From: Lama guanicoe
Lineage: Eukaryota
Direction of reading: 5' to 3'
Assembly (NCBI GenBank): GCA_013239625.1
Contig: MU053376.1
Span: 272,833-336,832, forward strand
Length of the DNA stretch: 64,000 bases
In this document: positions 24,956 through 37,650 of the stretch, piece after piece
Numbering within the stretch: position 1 is the first letter of the stretch
Layout: each line of letters opens with the position of its first letter
Notes under the pieces: model-generated
Database searches by the model: none
Told to the model about the DNA's origin: nothing
What the model saw: the letters and a program-made list of their open reading frames with translations, nothing else
Made by a program: the position numbers and the translations under genes

Positions 24956-27289
24956 TTAATTCGCGAAGTAGTGCTCTGTGGGATAAATAATCAAGTTTTA
25001 CCTCAATTTACAACACATTCTTAACAAAGTCCAAACCCTAAGGATCAAGCTAAAGAATTTTTAAAGGGTCTAAGGAGAAATGTGGTCAAATCCTTTATCC
25101 TTCTCCTTGTCTGGTTCGTTCATCTATTCATCCATCCATCCATCCATCCATTCATTCAGTTCATATTTCATGAGTGCCTTCTGTGTGCCAGCTCAGAGAA
25201 AGGCACGAGGGCTCAGGGAAAGTTGAATCCGACCTCAGTGCAGTGTCCACTGGCCCCCATCACCCCCACTCCGGCTATATGATCCAAATGTTCATGGTTC
25301 TGCACCCTTTAACTCTGCTTACTGCCCAAATCCTGGGGCCCTCTGCTTGGAATTAGTCCCGGCAGAAGCCTGCTCCAAAAAGCAGCTTCTGTGTCTGAAA
25401 TTATGCACAAAGCGGCTCCTCGGGTTTCTGCCTTGCCCCAGTCTCTCCCCTTCCCCCTTTCTCCTCAGCCTGGAGTGGAAACTCTGCCACTCTCTGCTCA
25501 CATGCTCGAGTCACAAGGCTGAGCTCCCGGCAGAAGGAGTAGCTCAAGGATGTAACAGGCGGGAGCCACTGAAACAGAAATACAACGTTTAATTTTGCTC
25601 ATTAAGTACCAGTCTTCCTTTCTGGATGCCAAAGAAAGCAATGCAGTGCCGACTGTGTGCCTAGCCCTCGCACCTCCCCTTCCCACCTGGAACTGAGGCC
25701 TCACTCCCCGTTCATCCTCAGCTCCGTTCCTTTCTGTGTCTCCCTCAAGGCCCACAAATGGCGTCCTGCTGTCTACGCTGCCCAGCACTTGAAGAGTTAC
25801 GGGATCCGGCAGTGATAAGGAGCTCACACAGAGCAGAGGAGCCTGGTGCCTGCCAGTCTCCCTCCTCCCTCCCTCCCCACCCCCAGCCCCATCACCAGAG
25901 CCCTTCTCGGCCTGGAGTCTCTGGCCCACTTCGGCCAAGGAGAGCTCTGGGAGTCCCCTGCTTGACTGGCACCTCAGAAACAGGCTTCCTCCTCTGCCCA
26001 GGCAGGTTGTGGTGTCTAATTGTCTAACTTCAGATTTCCATCTCTGATCTGCATGGGCAGATGGGCAAGCAGCTGTGCCAGGCCCCAGGGGACCACAGGC
26101 TCCCGGGGAGGAGGAGCGTCCACCTGGCTCTCTAGGCCCAGGGCCTCAGGGGACCTCCTCAAGGGCAAGAAACAGCCAGGCCTCCAACAGGGAAAAATAC
26201 AGGAGTAAGTCTAAGCCAAACCCTGAGGACTTAGTCCTCCCACTCCCTCGCTGCTTGCTCCCGTTCCTGAGGAAGGGACAGAGCGGGAGGCAGCCAGGGT
26301 GGCCAGATTTCCTTTCCCACTTTAGGCACATCTTCTGACTTGCTGAGTTTCTGAGAGCGAGTTCTCTGACTTCTCTGGACACAACCCCATCATCCTTCAC
26401 ATTTGGGCTGAATTGGCCTGGCTGCTTTCTAATGACTCTGGTTAAGGTGCAAAGACACGAAACTGCTGTCAGATGCTGCCTGCATCCATATTAATGGGTC
26501 CTGGAAGAGCCAGCATACAACCCTACGTCTGTGACACATGGTCGGCTTCCAACTGTCTGCTGTCACCCTGCCCTTGGGCAGTACCTGCAGGTTCTCCCAG
26601 CTAGAACTGGATTGCTGTGAGCAGATCATTCAAAATAACAACAGCTAACACTCACTGAGCACCCACTGTGTGTCGGGCACTGTGCCAAGCTTTTTGTTTA
26701 CAGTATCACATTTACTATCCATAACTACCCTGTAAGGTAGGTGGAGACACTGATGCAGAGAGAAGTTAGCCCAAGGCCAAGCAACTAAAAAGTTGGATCA
26801 AAATCCACCCTCAAGCAAGCTGACCTCGGCGCTTCCTCTTAACATCTCAAGGGTACGTGAGCTGTACAAACTATAAACTATTACACAAACGGAAAGAGTT
26901 ATTATCATGTCACTGATAGTGCGAGCCAGGGCGTGGGTACAGAGGATAGTCAGGGAAGGTTTGTGCCTGAGCATTACTCTGACTAAATATGGCTGAACTA
27001 TATTTCAGAGTGAATTAGAAAAGTTATTTGGACCTCTGACTCCATCAGCACAAAGGCTTGAAATTTGACTGAACCGCGCAGAGTGTTCAGGACTCTTTCC
27101 AAGACTCCCAACCTGGCATTTTTAAGACGCCCGCCTTACCGATCCACAGAGACACCAGAGGGGGTGGGAGTGAGCCACCCCGTTGCCATGTGGTCTCAGC
27201 CTCCACAGCAGCACCTCCTGGAGAAGGAGGCTTCTCTCCAAAGTAAGAGATCACTTACTGTGCAATGAGAAAAGCAGCATCCAGACAGA

Positions 27290-28175
27290 GAGTCATTAAT
27301 GGGCAATTAGCTTGTAATGACTGGGTGGATCCAGGCAATGACCATCGAGGCTGCTAACATCACAAAAGGAGACACAACTAGACATTGTGTGCCTTCTGAC
27401 AGATGTACACACCACGACCAAGGGGTTCCTGCCCCTCCAGTAAATAAATTAAGGGAATCTGAGTTTGAGCGAGCCCTAAATTTAACTACATGAGCAGGAA
27501 ATACAGGGGCAGTGGAACATGGTGAATGACCCGGTGAGGATGCAGTCGGCCAAGCCCAGAATAGGAAAAACCCTACAAGGCAAACGACCCCGTGTCTTCA
27601 GCAAAACATTGCAAGGGAAAGAAAGAGGAAGAACGCCTCTAGGTTAAGAGCGACATGAGCGCTGTAACAACCCATCACAAGGCGGGGGCTTACTTGGATC
27701 CAAATTACAAAGAAAACTAGAAAATAAATTTTGTAATAATCAGAGAAGGATAAGTACGAACTGGAATTTGATTATATTGAGGAATTGTTCATTCTGCCTA
27801 AGTGTGACAATGACTTTTTTTAAAGAGCCCCTATCTTTATTTTGGGTTGGGGTGGGGGGGTCGTTTATTTATGTATTTATTTTAATGGCAGGACTGGGGA
27901 TTGAACCCAGGACCTCGTGCGTGCTAAGCACACGCTCTACCACTGAGCTACACCCTCCCCCTTGAGTCCCTGTCTTTAGAGATGAAATGATAAGCCGTCT
28001 AGAGTTGCTTCAGAATAATCAGAAGATAGAAAGGACTGGGAGTTCACCTACAACAAGACTGGCCAGATTCGACTTCAAAAGTCCTGACGTTTGGGTGCAG
28101 GAGGACTACTACACCCTTCTCTCTACTTTCGTCTATGGCTGCAGTTTCCTACCATGAAGAAGTTTTTTTAAGTAA
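27290..28175 (+). mobile_element. Old L1MC/L1MD-type 3' fragment, interrupted by a SINE
   Basis: ctagacattgtgtgccttctgacagatgtacacaccac and ttttaaagagccccctatctt motifs typical of L1MC-type 3' UTRs. Confidence 0.55.
27840..27962 (-). mobile_element. Vic-1-type SINE, the only minus-strand copy
   Basis: ggggattgaacccaggacctcgtgcgtgctaagcacacgctctaccactgagctacaccctcccc; TSD-like gagccccctatcttta / gagtccctgtcttta. Confidence 0.92.
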
Positions 28176-31100
28176 AACTCAGACTCCGTGATCATCCCTG
28201 CGGTGACATAAGCGCAGGGCAATGAACGCCTCCCAGCAGCCGGGCCATGGGCTCCGGCCTCTGCTCTCCTGCCCGTGAGAACGTGCTGGGAGAGGACCCC
28301 CCCCCCCACCAAGGCTGCCTTTCCCAGCCTGGTAGTCGGGCTCCAACAACTTCCACTTCACTTTCTACGGCTAGATCCCCTGGGGCCTTTGGCAGAGGTA
28401 GGCCCAGGACTGCGGAAGAGAAAGCAACCATTCCAGGTCCCACCACGAGACAGAGGTGGAGCCTCACTAAATCTCTGGAGGCGCAATGCCACACTCGGGC
28501 TTTTCCTCGGACTAACCTGGCTCAGAGCTGAAAACTAAGAGCTTTCGCAGCCCCATGTTGAAGGTAGCCTTTCACTACCCTGTTGTCTGGGAAAGAATCA
28601 GCATCCCCGCGAAGCAGCATCCGCAGCGACTGGATCAGAGGCTGCGTTGCCTTTCCAGCTCCACCAGGTACCATGGCGGGGAAGCCGAGGAGGGAGGAGG
28701 AGGAAGGTGTGGGGGACAGGCTGCAGAAGAGCCGAGCGCCCAAGCCCACGCTCAGCCCAGCCCAGGGGCCCAGGCCTGGCTAACCCCACCCTGGGCAAAC
28801 AGCTGGCACCACCCAGGTTGGTCTATCCCCAGCACTTCCTGGAGCTGCGCCTCACAGAGCTCCTGGGAGAGGAGATGAGACTGACGAGAAGGGGACGGAG
28901 AATTCAGAGGGGAAGGGGACAGGATTGGGTACGGGAGGAAGTAGAGGGGTGAGTACCAGACTTAGCACATTCCAGAGTTCAAATCTGCAGAGGAAATAAC
29001 TGAGTCAACGGGAGGGAAGAAAAAGAGAGAAGAAGGGAGAAAGAGAGCCACAGTAAGGAGTGAGGGGAGAGGGACGGGGAGGGGAAGGTTCCAGAGGCCC
29101 CCAGAAACACATAATCAGAGCCACAGGTCAGCCGATTGCCCACCCCACTCCCGCAGCCCCCGGCTCCAGGGCGCCAGCGGCCCCTGGCAGCCCAGTTTGC
29201 TCAGAGAGAGCTCCATGCCCTCACTGGCCCAGGCCGGGTGTGCAGGAGCAGCTCCCAGACACACCTCAGGGCCCAGCGGCCTCTCTCCTACCTCCTAGCA
29301 GGCTGCTCCTGGAAGGGAGACAAGTGGACTGATCCACCTGCCTCCTGAGGGAAGGCGTGTCAGGAAGGAGGCTCCGCCCAGACCAAGCGGCCAATCAAGG
29401 ACGCCTGCCCAGAGCCCGCCCTTTTGGGGCACCTTGCTGAAGGGGACACAGGATTAATTTAGCATTCGTCCAAGGTGCCTGTTCCATATTCATGCCCATG
29501 CTGGGCTGTCACAAGGTGACCGCCTCCCACCTCCTCACTCTCACTGACCTGGAACCACAGGACGCAAGGTTACCCTGGAGTCAACCCCCACCAGCCCGGG
29601 GAGCAGGCACCCCACCCACCCTTTAGGCACTGAGGAAGTGGGCCACCAGGCCCCCGCTGAGAGTCGAAGGACCTCGAGACTAACTCCAGAGGAACGGCTG
29701 ACTCTGAAACTCAGATCCCGGCTCTGCCACTTGCTGGCGGCCACCTAAGGCAGGTCACTGAACAGCTGCAGGGTGATGGGAGCGGGCATGGAAGGAAAAG
29801 GGCTCGGGGCTTGCAGAACAAGCGACGCTCTATAAATGCGAGGTATCATTACCATAAACAAAGTTCTGGCCCCACCTAGGAAGGAGAAGTCAGGTTTCTG
29901 TCAGGCTCTGCAGGGCCATCCTCAATAAGGATAAGGGGAAACCAAGACAAACCAAACCAGAGACCACCAACGCCCCCGGCCTCAGTGCCCCGCGCAGGAG
30001 AGCCAGAGCCCCGCCCCTGCCCCCCAGCTCCATCAGAGGGAAAATGCAGGCACAGAAGATTTAGGAAGGAGGGCAAGCCAGGGACAGGGCAGGAAAGCAT
30101 GATCCGGCCTGGGGTCTGTATTTGTGGGTTGACCTGGATTTCTCTAACCATCAGGCTTGAGCCAAAGCCGGGAGGCTTGGAAGAGCAGACAGTTCACACC
30201 CCAGGGGCTGCCTCTCCTTTACTCCCCCAGGGAAGAAGCTGTGGGCTACAGGAACTTCACGGGGAGTCAGGGCTTAAACCCAGGACTCCAAGAGTTCCCT
30301 GACTCTCCTAAGAATAATGCTATAAATAATCTCTGATGTTTGCACATTGCTCTTTATACACGAAGACTGTTTTCCATTGCAGCTTCACAGAACCCAAAGG
30401 AGGGAAGCCTTACGTTGCTACCCCTATCCTGCATCTGGTTTAACAGCTGGGGCTCAGAAGGGACAGTGAGTAATCAGAAGTCACACATCTTAGGCTTGTG
30501 CCACAGCCAGGATGGGAACCCATCTCTGATGCTCAAAACCTGTTTCCCTCTCCTCCAGCCCAGGGCCTGGCCCTCAAGGGGCAGGATAAACACTAAACAC
30601 GGAGGCCGGGTCCTGCTCTCTGCTCCTGCTCCTCAGCTGCTCTGGGAAGAGCTCCCTCGCAGGGCTACCTTGACCAATTGTTAGCAACCTACTTCCAGAT
30701 CAGGCAGGTTCAGGGGCCTCAGGAATTAAAGGCAGGGGCCTGATGCAAGCTCAAGGATTTCGCCATCAATAAATTCTCTCCAAGAAGTGTCCACTCATCT
30801 TGCTCCTGGTTGACAACAAATTCATACACAGGCTATTCAAAATTGCAATGTACCCCTGAGGTTGTGAGTTTTGAGAGGTCCAGACTTGGGCTATTTCTGT
30901 CCAGGACTTGAACACAAATGGCCGGGGGTAATATGATGCTAGTCGTGGCTGGGGTGGAGGGGGAAGAGACTCTCCTGTCTCTCGGACCTTCCCTGGGAGC
31001 AGGCCTGGGATGGAGAGGAGCAGGCAGTGTGGACTGACGTGCTTCGGCCCAGGTGCCAGGAAGAGTGCCCGGGAGGCAACCACGCCTCTGGGCAGGGGGA

Positions 31101-34100
31101 CAAGGCAAGCAGCAGGGCTGATGCAGCCCCCACCTCAGAGGGAGGAGCCAAGTGGGGGAGGCGGCAAGGCGGGTTGGAAGCAAAGTCCTCTTGGCATCTT
31201 GTTCAATGAAACCTTAAATCTTGGTTCTAAAAGGAGTCAAAGATCCCAACCAGCCAAGCAACCATCCTAATTACCCATGAAATAAACCCGCCCTCCCACA
31301 AGAGCGCCGTTGGAGGAGGGCTCTGGGTCTGCCGCTCTAGACTTGGTCTGACGAGGCCACGTAACTAGGAAACGGACAGAGACACTTTCCTACTGGACTC
31401 CTTCATTCCCCTTGGCCTCCCAAGGGTTAACCAACAGACAACCCCCCAGGTCCCACCCCCTTCCCAGCCAGGCCAGGAAAGTGGGATGGCTGGGGGCCGC
31501 TGGGGGAGGGGGCTGTTTAGCTTGGCCTCAGCCCAGTACTGCAGACAGCTCCACTCAATGTATAGACACCCAGGCCGGGCCCCTTGGACCAAGTTCCTCC
31601 CTTCCTTCCCCACCAGAGAAAGGCTCTAGAGAAGGCCCCTCTTGGGGGAAGAAGTGGGGAGGGGGAGGCTGTTTTTGAGGATCAGAGTCCGAAGGAGGAT
31701 TCCATCTTTCAAATGCATCTTTGCCCCCTTCTCTGCTTTCTGCTGGGGCAACTGGATTAAGGCAAAAAGATGTTCAGGAGACACCGGGCAGCTCCAGCCC
31801 CGGGGAAAGCAGTGCCAGAGAGATGGCGCCAGTTTTGATGAGCAGAAACAAAAGTGATCTTGGAAGAGAGCACAGACAAGGAGCCATGTCATTCCCCACT
31901 TCTCCTTTTCTGTATGGGTAGGAAGGGCTAAGCCCCTGGGGGGGTGGAAGAGCCAGCTGTTCTGGGCCATGCAAGGCATATCTGCAACTTCTTTTCCACC
32001 TCCCACACCCCCAAGCCACTGCTCTGCCATAGTCCCCCGTCACCTTGCCTCAACTATTTTGATGACCAGCAAACAACTCTGTTGGGTCACTTTAAGAGCT
32101 GCCTCTAAGGTGTTCCGGGGGACACCCGAGCCCCCCCGCCCCCAGAGCTCACCTTCCCTGAGCCCTGCTGCTTTACCAGGCCACTAGCGCCTGGAGCACA
32201 GGGCAAAAGCCTCCACGTGTGGGCTCACCTCTCTGGTGTCAGAGAAGCTTTCCAAGAGGTTCTAATCCCCCTTCTGGTCCCCTGTGCCCTAACCCTGACC
32301 TTAACCCTAACCTTCCCGCCTCCAGTCACCAATTCAACTTTACCCTAAGGCTTGGATTTCCAACTTCACCCACCTAGGCCCCTAAAACACCTCTGTGTGT
32401 CATTAGAAACCCCCATCGCGACCAGTCTCCCCCGTCCATGATGTGGTCTTCAGCGTACAGACTAAATGTGACCCAGGAACCCACCAGAACCACGTAATCC
32501 CCAGCCCCGCTGCCCTGGAGATGACAGGGTGTCCCTGAATCTGGTCCCTTCTGCTCTCTTCAAATGACAATTCGGTCATGCCCTGGCTCATAAGCCTTCA
32601 ATGTATCTCTACTGACTACTGGGTAGAGGCTAAACTTTTTAGTTTGAAACGCGAGGCTTTCTATAATCTAGCCCAAATGTGTCCAATATGGTTTTCTACT
32701 ACCAGCCTACAACTAAAAGCATGGATTTCCTGTAAGAAATTAATAATCAGTGCTGGACCAGCCTGTAACCTGTTTTGCCCTCCTCCTCTTCCCTTCACCC
32801 CACCATGGGTTTGTAAGCATAAAGGACACATATTTGCAAATCCGTGTGGGTGCAGGAAATGCTTTTTTTTGCACTTGAAGATTTGTCAAACTCCAGGCAT
32901 CCAGGAACAGAATCGGACTGGAACAGAATCACAAAAGCTAGCAACTGCCTGTGACGGGCCTCCAGCTAATGCTGGACCAGAGTGATAAAGAGAGCAGGGT
33001 CCAGGACACCTCCTCCCTCACTCCTGCAGGGCAGTTTGTTAGCGGGGATTCCGTTTCACTTCCCCTGAGCCCCGCGGCTCTACCAAGTGACCAGCCCCAG
33101 GAGGAAAGAAGAAACTGAGGCAGGAAGGGAAGAATTTTAAGAAACTCCCATCATTCTGGACTCCCAGGCTTTTCAGTTTGGACCTTTGGAGGGAAAGGTG
33201 TGAGAAGAGTTAAGGGGAAAAAAAAATCAAACTCCTTTGCTTTCTGTGATTCTGGCAACTCCGTGCTACATATCAGTGGCCAGGCAGGGGAGTGGGAGGT
33301 GAAACTCAGCTTGGAATGAAGGGACAGAGGACCAGAGCAGACTGGTGGGCGCCTAGACTAGCCAGCTCCTCCCTTCCCAGGCAGTGTCTCAAGCCAGAGA
33401 ATGATGAGGCCTGAGCCAAAGCAATACGAGGGAAGGGCATCAGGGAAGGAAGGACATAAATTATCGCTGTCCCCAGCTCTACCAAGGAAACCCTGTAACG
33501 GTCCTGCAGTCTCCTTTCAAGTCCGGATCATCACTCACCCAGTGAAACATCACCACTGATCATTTAGCATCATCCTAAATGGGGTACTTGGACCTGACAA
33601 GACAGAGACCAAAAGCTGGAATCAAGGCCGAGAGGTGAAGAGGACACATGAGCATGAGGACGAGGAAAAAGAAAGAGAACTAATGAGCTCTTGTTGGAAT
33701 TAATTCTCAAAGAGCAAACAAAAGCAATTAACGTGGGGGAGTGGAATCCCCGGGCCCAGCTGCTCAAGGGGAAGCCGCCTGGGTGACTGGAGCCCTGGCT
33801 GTCGGCACTGTGTTTACAGAGAAGGTGGGAGATCGCTCTGCAGAGGAAAATCCAGGGCAAATGACTCCTGAGTGCTGGGAGGGGAGGGAAGGCGGCACTG
33901 GGAAGCATGTTGCAGAGCAGTTATGTGGGTGCTGGTGAACAATGCTCACACCCAAAGTTGTTAACGGGGCAGTTCCATCAACCACACCACGAGCCGCAAA
34001 AGCATCCCAAATGTGCAGGGTGCCCGTCAAACCCTCGAGAACAGGAAGTCCTGTCACGATAGGCAGTAAGAAGAGAAAGCCTTCTCCACGCCAGCGCTGG

Positions 34101-34960
34101 GTGTTTTGCGCGTCTTATTTCCTTCCATCCAAATATGAAGTAAATGTTATCCTTATTTCCCCATTTGAGAGGGAAAGAAATTAAGGTGCCAAGAGGTTAG
34201 GTGTACGGGAGAGAACATTTGCCCTAAGTTCCCAAAGATCTAGGCTCTACAGTTTTCTAACCACATAACCCAGTGATGTTCCCTTGGACATGCTATTTAA
34301 CATTTCTGAACCTCAGCTTTATCATCGGCAAAATAGGGGTAGAACTGCACACGTGCGAGGTGGTTGTAAAAATTAAATAAGATAACTTACGTAAAGCTCC
34401 ACATACTAAGTGTTCAGTGAATGTTTGTTCTCTTCCCCCATCCTCCTTTTATTAAGATAATTTACTCGTTCATTCAACAGACAGTGGAGTGTCCGATGCA
34501 TGAGGAGGGGGAAGGGAATGACATTTTGGATGCTTTCTCTCATGCCAGGGACTTGACTCTGTCTGTATGGTAGGGCGTGGGGGTGAAGAAGAGTGGGGCA
34601 GAGTCCCTGCCTTCAAGCAGGAGTTTACAACCTAACAAGCCAAGCCCATAAATAACCGACTGCCGTGATGCGTGATAAGAGCTGTTTACGACAAGGGTGG
34701 ACAAAGATACAGGGCCCTGGGAGTCTGGGAAGCGAAGAGAGGAGGATGCGGGAAGAGAGTTAAGACTCCTTTGGGGCCACCAGGGAAGGCGCTGAGAAGA
34801 GATCACGTGACTTCCAAGCTGCAAGAATGGGCAGAGTGTGGAAATGGAGGTGTGGGCTCTCTCACACGGCATCTCGGAAGGCGGAAGCTAACAGGAGTCA
34901 CAGGATACCAATCAGTACCTGCTTTCCTCCTTCCAGGGCAGAGATCAAGGATGGTTGCAT

Positions 34961-35110
34961 GGGAGGTGGGGAGGGTATAGCTCAAGTGGCAGAGCGCATG
35001 CTTAGCATGCACGAGGTCCTGGGTTCAATCCCCAGTACCTCCTCTAAAAATAAATAAATGAATAAACCTAAGTACCTTCCCCTTCAAAAAAAGAACAATT
35101 AAAAAATCTT
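34961..35110 (+). mobile_element. Vic-1-type SINE
   Basis: ggggagggtatagctcaagtggcagagcgcatgcttagcatgcacgaggtcctgggttcaatccccagtacctcc plus tail. Confidence 0.93.
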
Positions 35111-35111
35111 A

Positions 35112-35290
35112 AACTGTACAGCGCAGGGAACAATATCCAATATCTTGTAGTAACTTGTGGTGAAAAAGAATATGAAAATGAATGTATGTATGTCCCTATA
35201 TGACTGAAGCATCGTACTGTGCCCCAGAAATTGATGCAACATTGTAAACTGACTCTACTTCAATAGAAATACATAAAACACACACACACA
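35112..35290 (+). mobile_element. Short camelid-type L1 3' end directly abutting the SINE tail
   Basis: actgtacagcgcagggaacaatatccaatatcttgtagtaac..gaaaaagaatatgaaaatgaatg..acattgtaaactgact; similar to 7150-7295. Confidence 0.85.
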
Positions 35291-35969
35291 CAAAGATGGC
35301 TGCAAATTCTTGGCTACTCCTGCTGTTGAGAGGTAGTTTCCCCTTGCATCTAGGGGGGCCTATGACTCAGTTTGACCAGCAGAATGTTAACCAAAGTGAC
35401 ACTAGAGCATGAGAAGCCTTAAACTCTCCACTTGGGTCCCCCAGAATACTCTGTCTTGAGACATTCCTCTGGGAACCAACTGCCACACCGAGGGAAGCCC
35501 AGGCCACATGGAGAGACCACAGGTAGGCACTCAGGTTGATGGCCCCAGCTGAGCCCCCAGATGACAGCCATGTGAGGAGTCACTTCGGCTGCCTGGCTCA
35601 GTCCCGCCTTCAGATGACTGCCAGGACAGAAGACAAGCCAAGCAAGCTGAGCCCAGGGAACCCAGAGAACCCCGAGAGGGAGCAGCACATGGTCGGGCTG
35701 AGCCGCCCCACTTTGGGGCGGTCCAGCCTGCAGCAGTGGACAGCCAGCGCACCGAGTGTCTACGTCATGAACTTGGGTTGTTACCAGACACAACGGAGCA
35801 GGCATCCTCCTAGCAAGGGACGGGAAGGGAGGTGAGAAGGGAAGGAACTGCGCACTGGGAGATGGAGGGGAGGGAATCGGTTAAAGTCTCCCAGTAGCCT
35901 CCAGCTCCCCACGCCCCTCAGCTCTTCCCAACATGATGCCAGATCAATATAACTCATAATTCAATTCAC

Positions 35970-36260
35970 CCCGTGGGAAATAACTGGGAGAAAAATCAGT
36001 AACACAGAAAGATGTTTATAGCAGAGCTATTCATGATAGCAACAAATTGGAAACAGCCCAGATTCCCAGTAATAAGAGTATTGCTATACAGTAATGGAGC
36101 AACATGACAGAATTATTTATGGCTATTAAAAATGAAAAATTTATGGACCACTGTCATACCTGGAAGTGTTTGTATAAATTTTTTTAAATGCATGGCACAG
36201 GACAACAGCCACACACTTACTACAACTATGTACAAATATTAACAGAGAACAGAAGGACCC
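35970..36260 (+). mobile_element. Old L1ME-type fragment
   Basis: aaagatgtttatagcagagctattcatgatagcaacaaattggaaacagccc. Confidence 0.55.
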
Positions 36261-37123
36261 GCGGAAGAAAGCACACAGTTTAGTATTTACTTACCCAGGT
36301 TTTAAGCAAAGGTGATTAAGTACTACTTTCTAAAAAGCACCGATTCAACTTACAAATCCTAAAAATGGGGTCATGACTGCGTGATGATGGGAGATCATAT
36401 GTTGGAAGATGTCACCCAGGGGGTGTGGTAAACCCTGGGGAGGGGCGTGCAGATGACAGGAATGGAGCCGGTGGGATGGGCTGTGGCATCTCCTCGGCAG
36501 GGGGACTGAATGTTAGGAAACAAACCCTCGGTGTTTGCTGACACAGTGCAAGGAGAAGGACTCACACAAAAGCCACCCATTATCCCATAATTATTGTCTC
36601 TCTTGTGCCTGCAATTAACGGCTGTCTGAGAGGCGGCTGCCGGGGTAAATAAACGTTCGCCTGCATTAGAGTCAATCAGCCAGCTGAAGCGCCAATTAAC
36701 AAGCCCACTGCAGAGACACTCGGGTACCCAGCGGCTACTGCGGGGAGGAAGGGGATGGGACAAGATAGCACGGACCTTGGGCACACTCCTGCCCCAGAAG
36801 CAGGGAAGGGATGCTCAAAGGATGAGCAGGGTAGAGGTGAGTCTTGCCCCAGATGAGCCAAGCTGGGCAGGTAGGTGCTTTGAGCCCCCAGAGCCAAGTC
36901 AGAGGACACGGCATGTATTCACGTGTCACCAGCAAGGGTCCTGGCAGCTGCCACAGCTCCAGCATAGGGCACCCCTTGGCCTGTGGGAGGCCAGGAAGGG
37001 AAAGACATGCAAGAGAAGGCCCCAGAGGTGCTGTCACCTCCTGAGCGACGTGGGGACAGACACAGAGGGCAAAGAGGGGAACCAGACAGGGAGCCATCTT
37101 GTCCGATGCTGAAACTGACTTAC

Positions 37124-37182
37124 ACTGGCTTTTGGCTGTTTTTCTTAAACAGCAAGCTCGGAAACACGGAAAAGCAGCCCAT
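37124..37182 (-). CDS. Candidate alternative first coding exon: MGCFSVFPSLLFKKNSQKP + GT (phase 2)
   Basis: gaaATGG (purine at -3, G at +4), 19 codons + 2 nt, donor CCAGT|gtaagt. Same phase as the WW2 exon. CpG-enriched sequence lies upstream (37250-37420). Confidence 0.45.
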
Positions 37183-37486
37183 TTCAGAGAAGTCAAAGAT
37201 GCTTCTTTTGTCCAGAGGAGAAAGGCGGGAGAGCACATGGCTGAGAGGGCGGCATTCCAAGTCCTCTCCCAGATACTTGGAGAAGGAAGGGATGCCCTGC
37301 AGTTCTGCGTGGTCCGCCTGGCGCCTGGCCACCGTGCCGCACCGGCCAGCCAGGCCCTCTCCCCTCCCACAGACCCCGCCAGTGTCGCTCAGGCTGCGGG
37401 ACCAGAGGCCCCAGAAGATGCCTATCTGGCTGCCAGGGAGCCTCTGAGGCCAGAGCAGCAGATCGTGCGTCTTAGAGATGATCTGG

Positions 37487-37650
37487 TCCAGGGGTTCTCG
37501 ATCCTGGCTTCACACAAGAATCACCTAGAGAACTTCTGAGCAATACTAATACCTGGGTACCACCGCAGACCAACTGAATCAGGATCTCTGGGGGAGTGGG
37601 AGGGACGCCCAGCACACACACTTCTTTAGTGCATCCCAGGGGATCCTGAC
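37487..37650. mobile_element. MER5-type hAT-Charlie element
   Basis: caggggttctc..agaatcaccta..agaccaactgaatcaggatctctgggg. Confidence 0.65.

Larger units (their letters stand above)
34935..35795. mobile_element. MLT1-type (ERVL-MaLR) LTR, interrupted by SINE+L1
   Basis: aagatggctgcaaattcttggctactcct..tttgaccagcagaatg..ggaaccaactgccacaccgagggaagcccaggccacatggagagaccac..ccccagctgagccc. Confidence 0.7.

Noticed and set aside
28520..28960. CpG-enriched segment with several overlapping ORFs
   Set aside because: Only weak donors and no recognisable peptide; possibly regulatory, but I cannot support a call.
37099..37539. 146-aa plus-strand ORF that looks protein-like
   Set aside because: Non-ATG start, ends inside a MER5 element, and is antisense to the better-supported MGC mini-exon.
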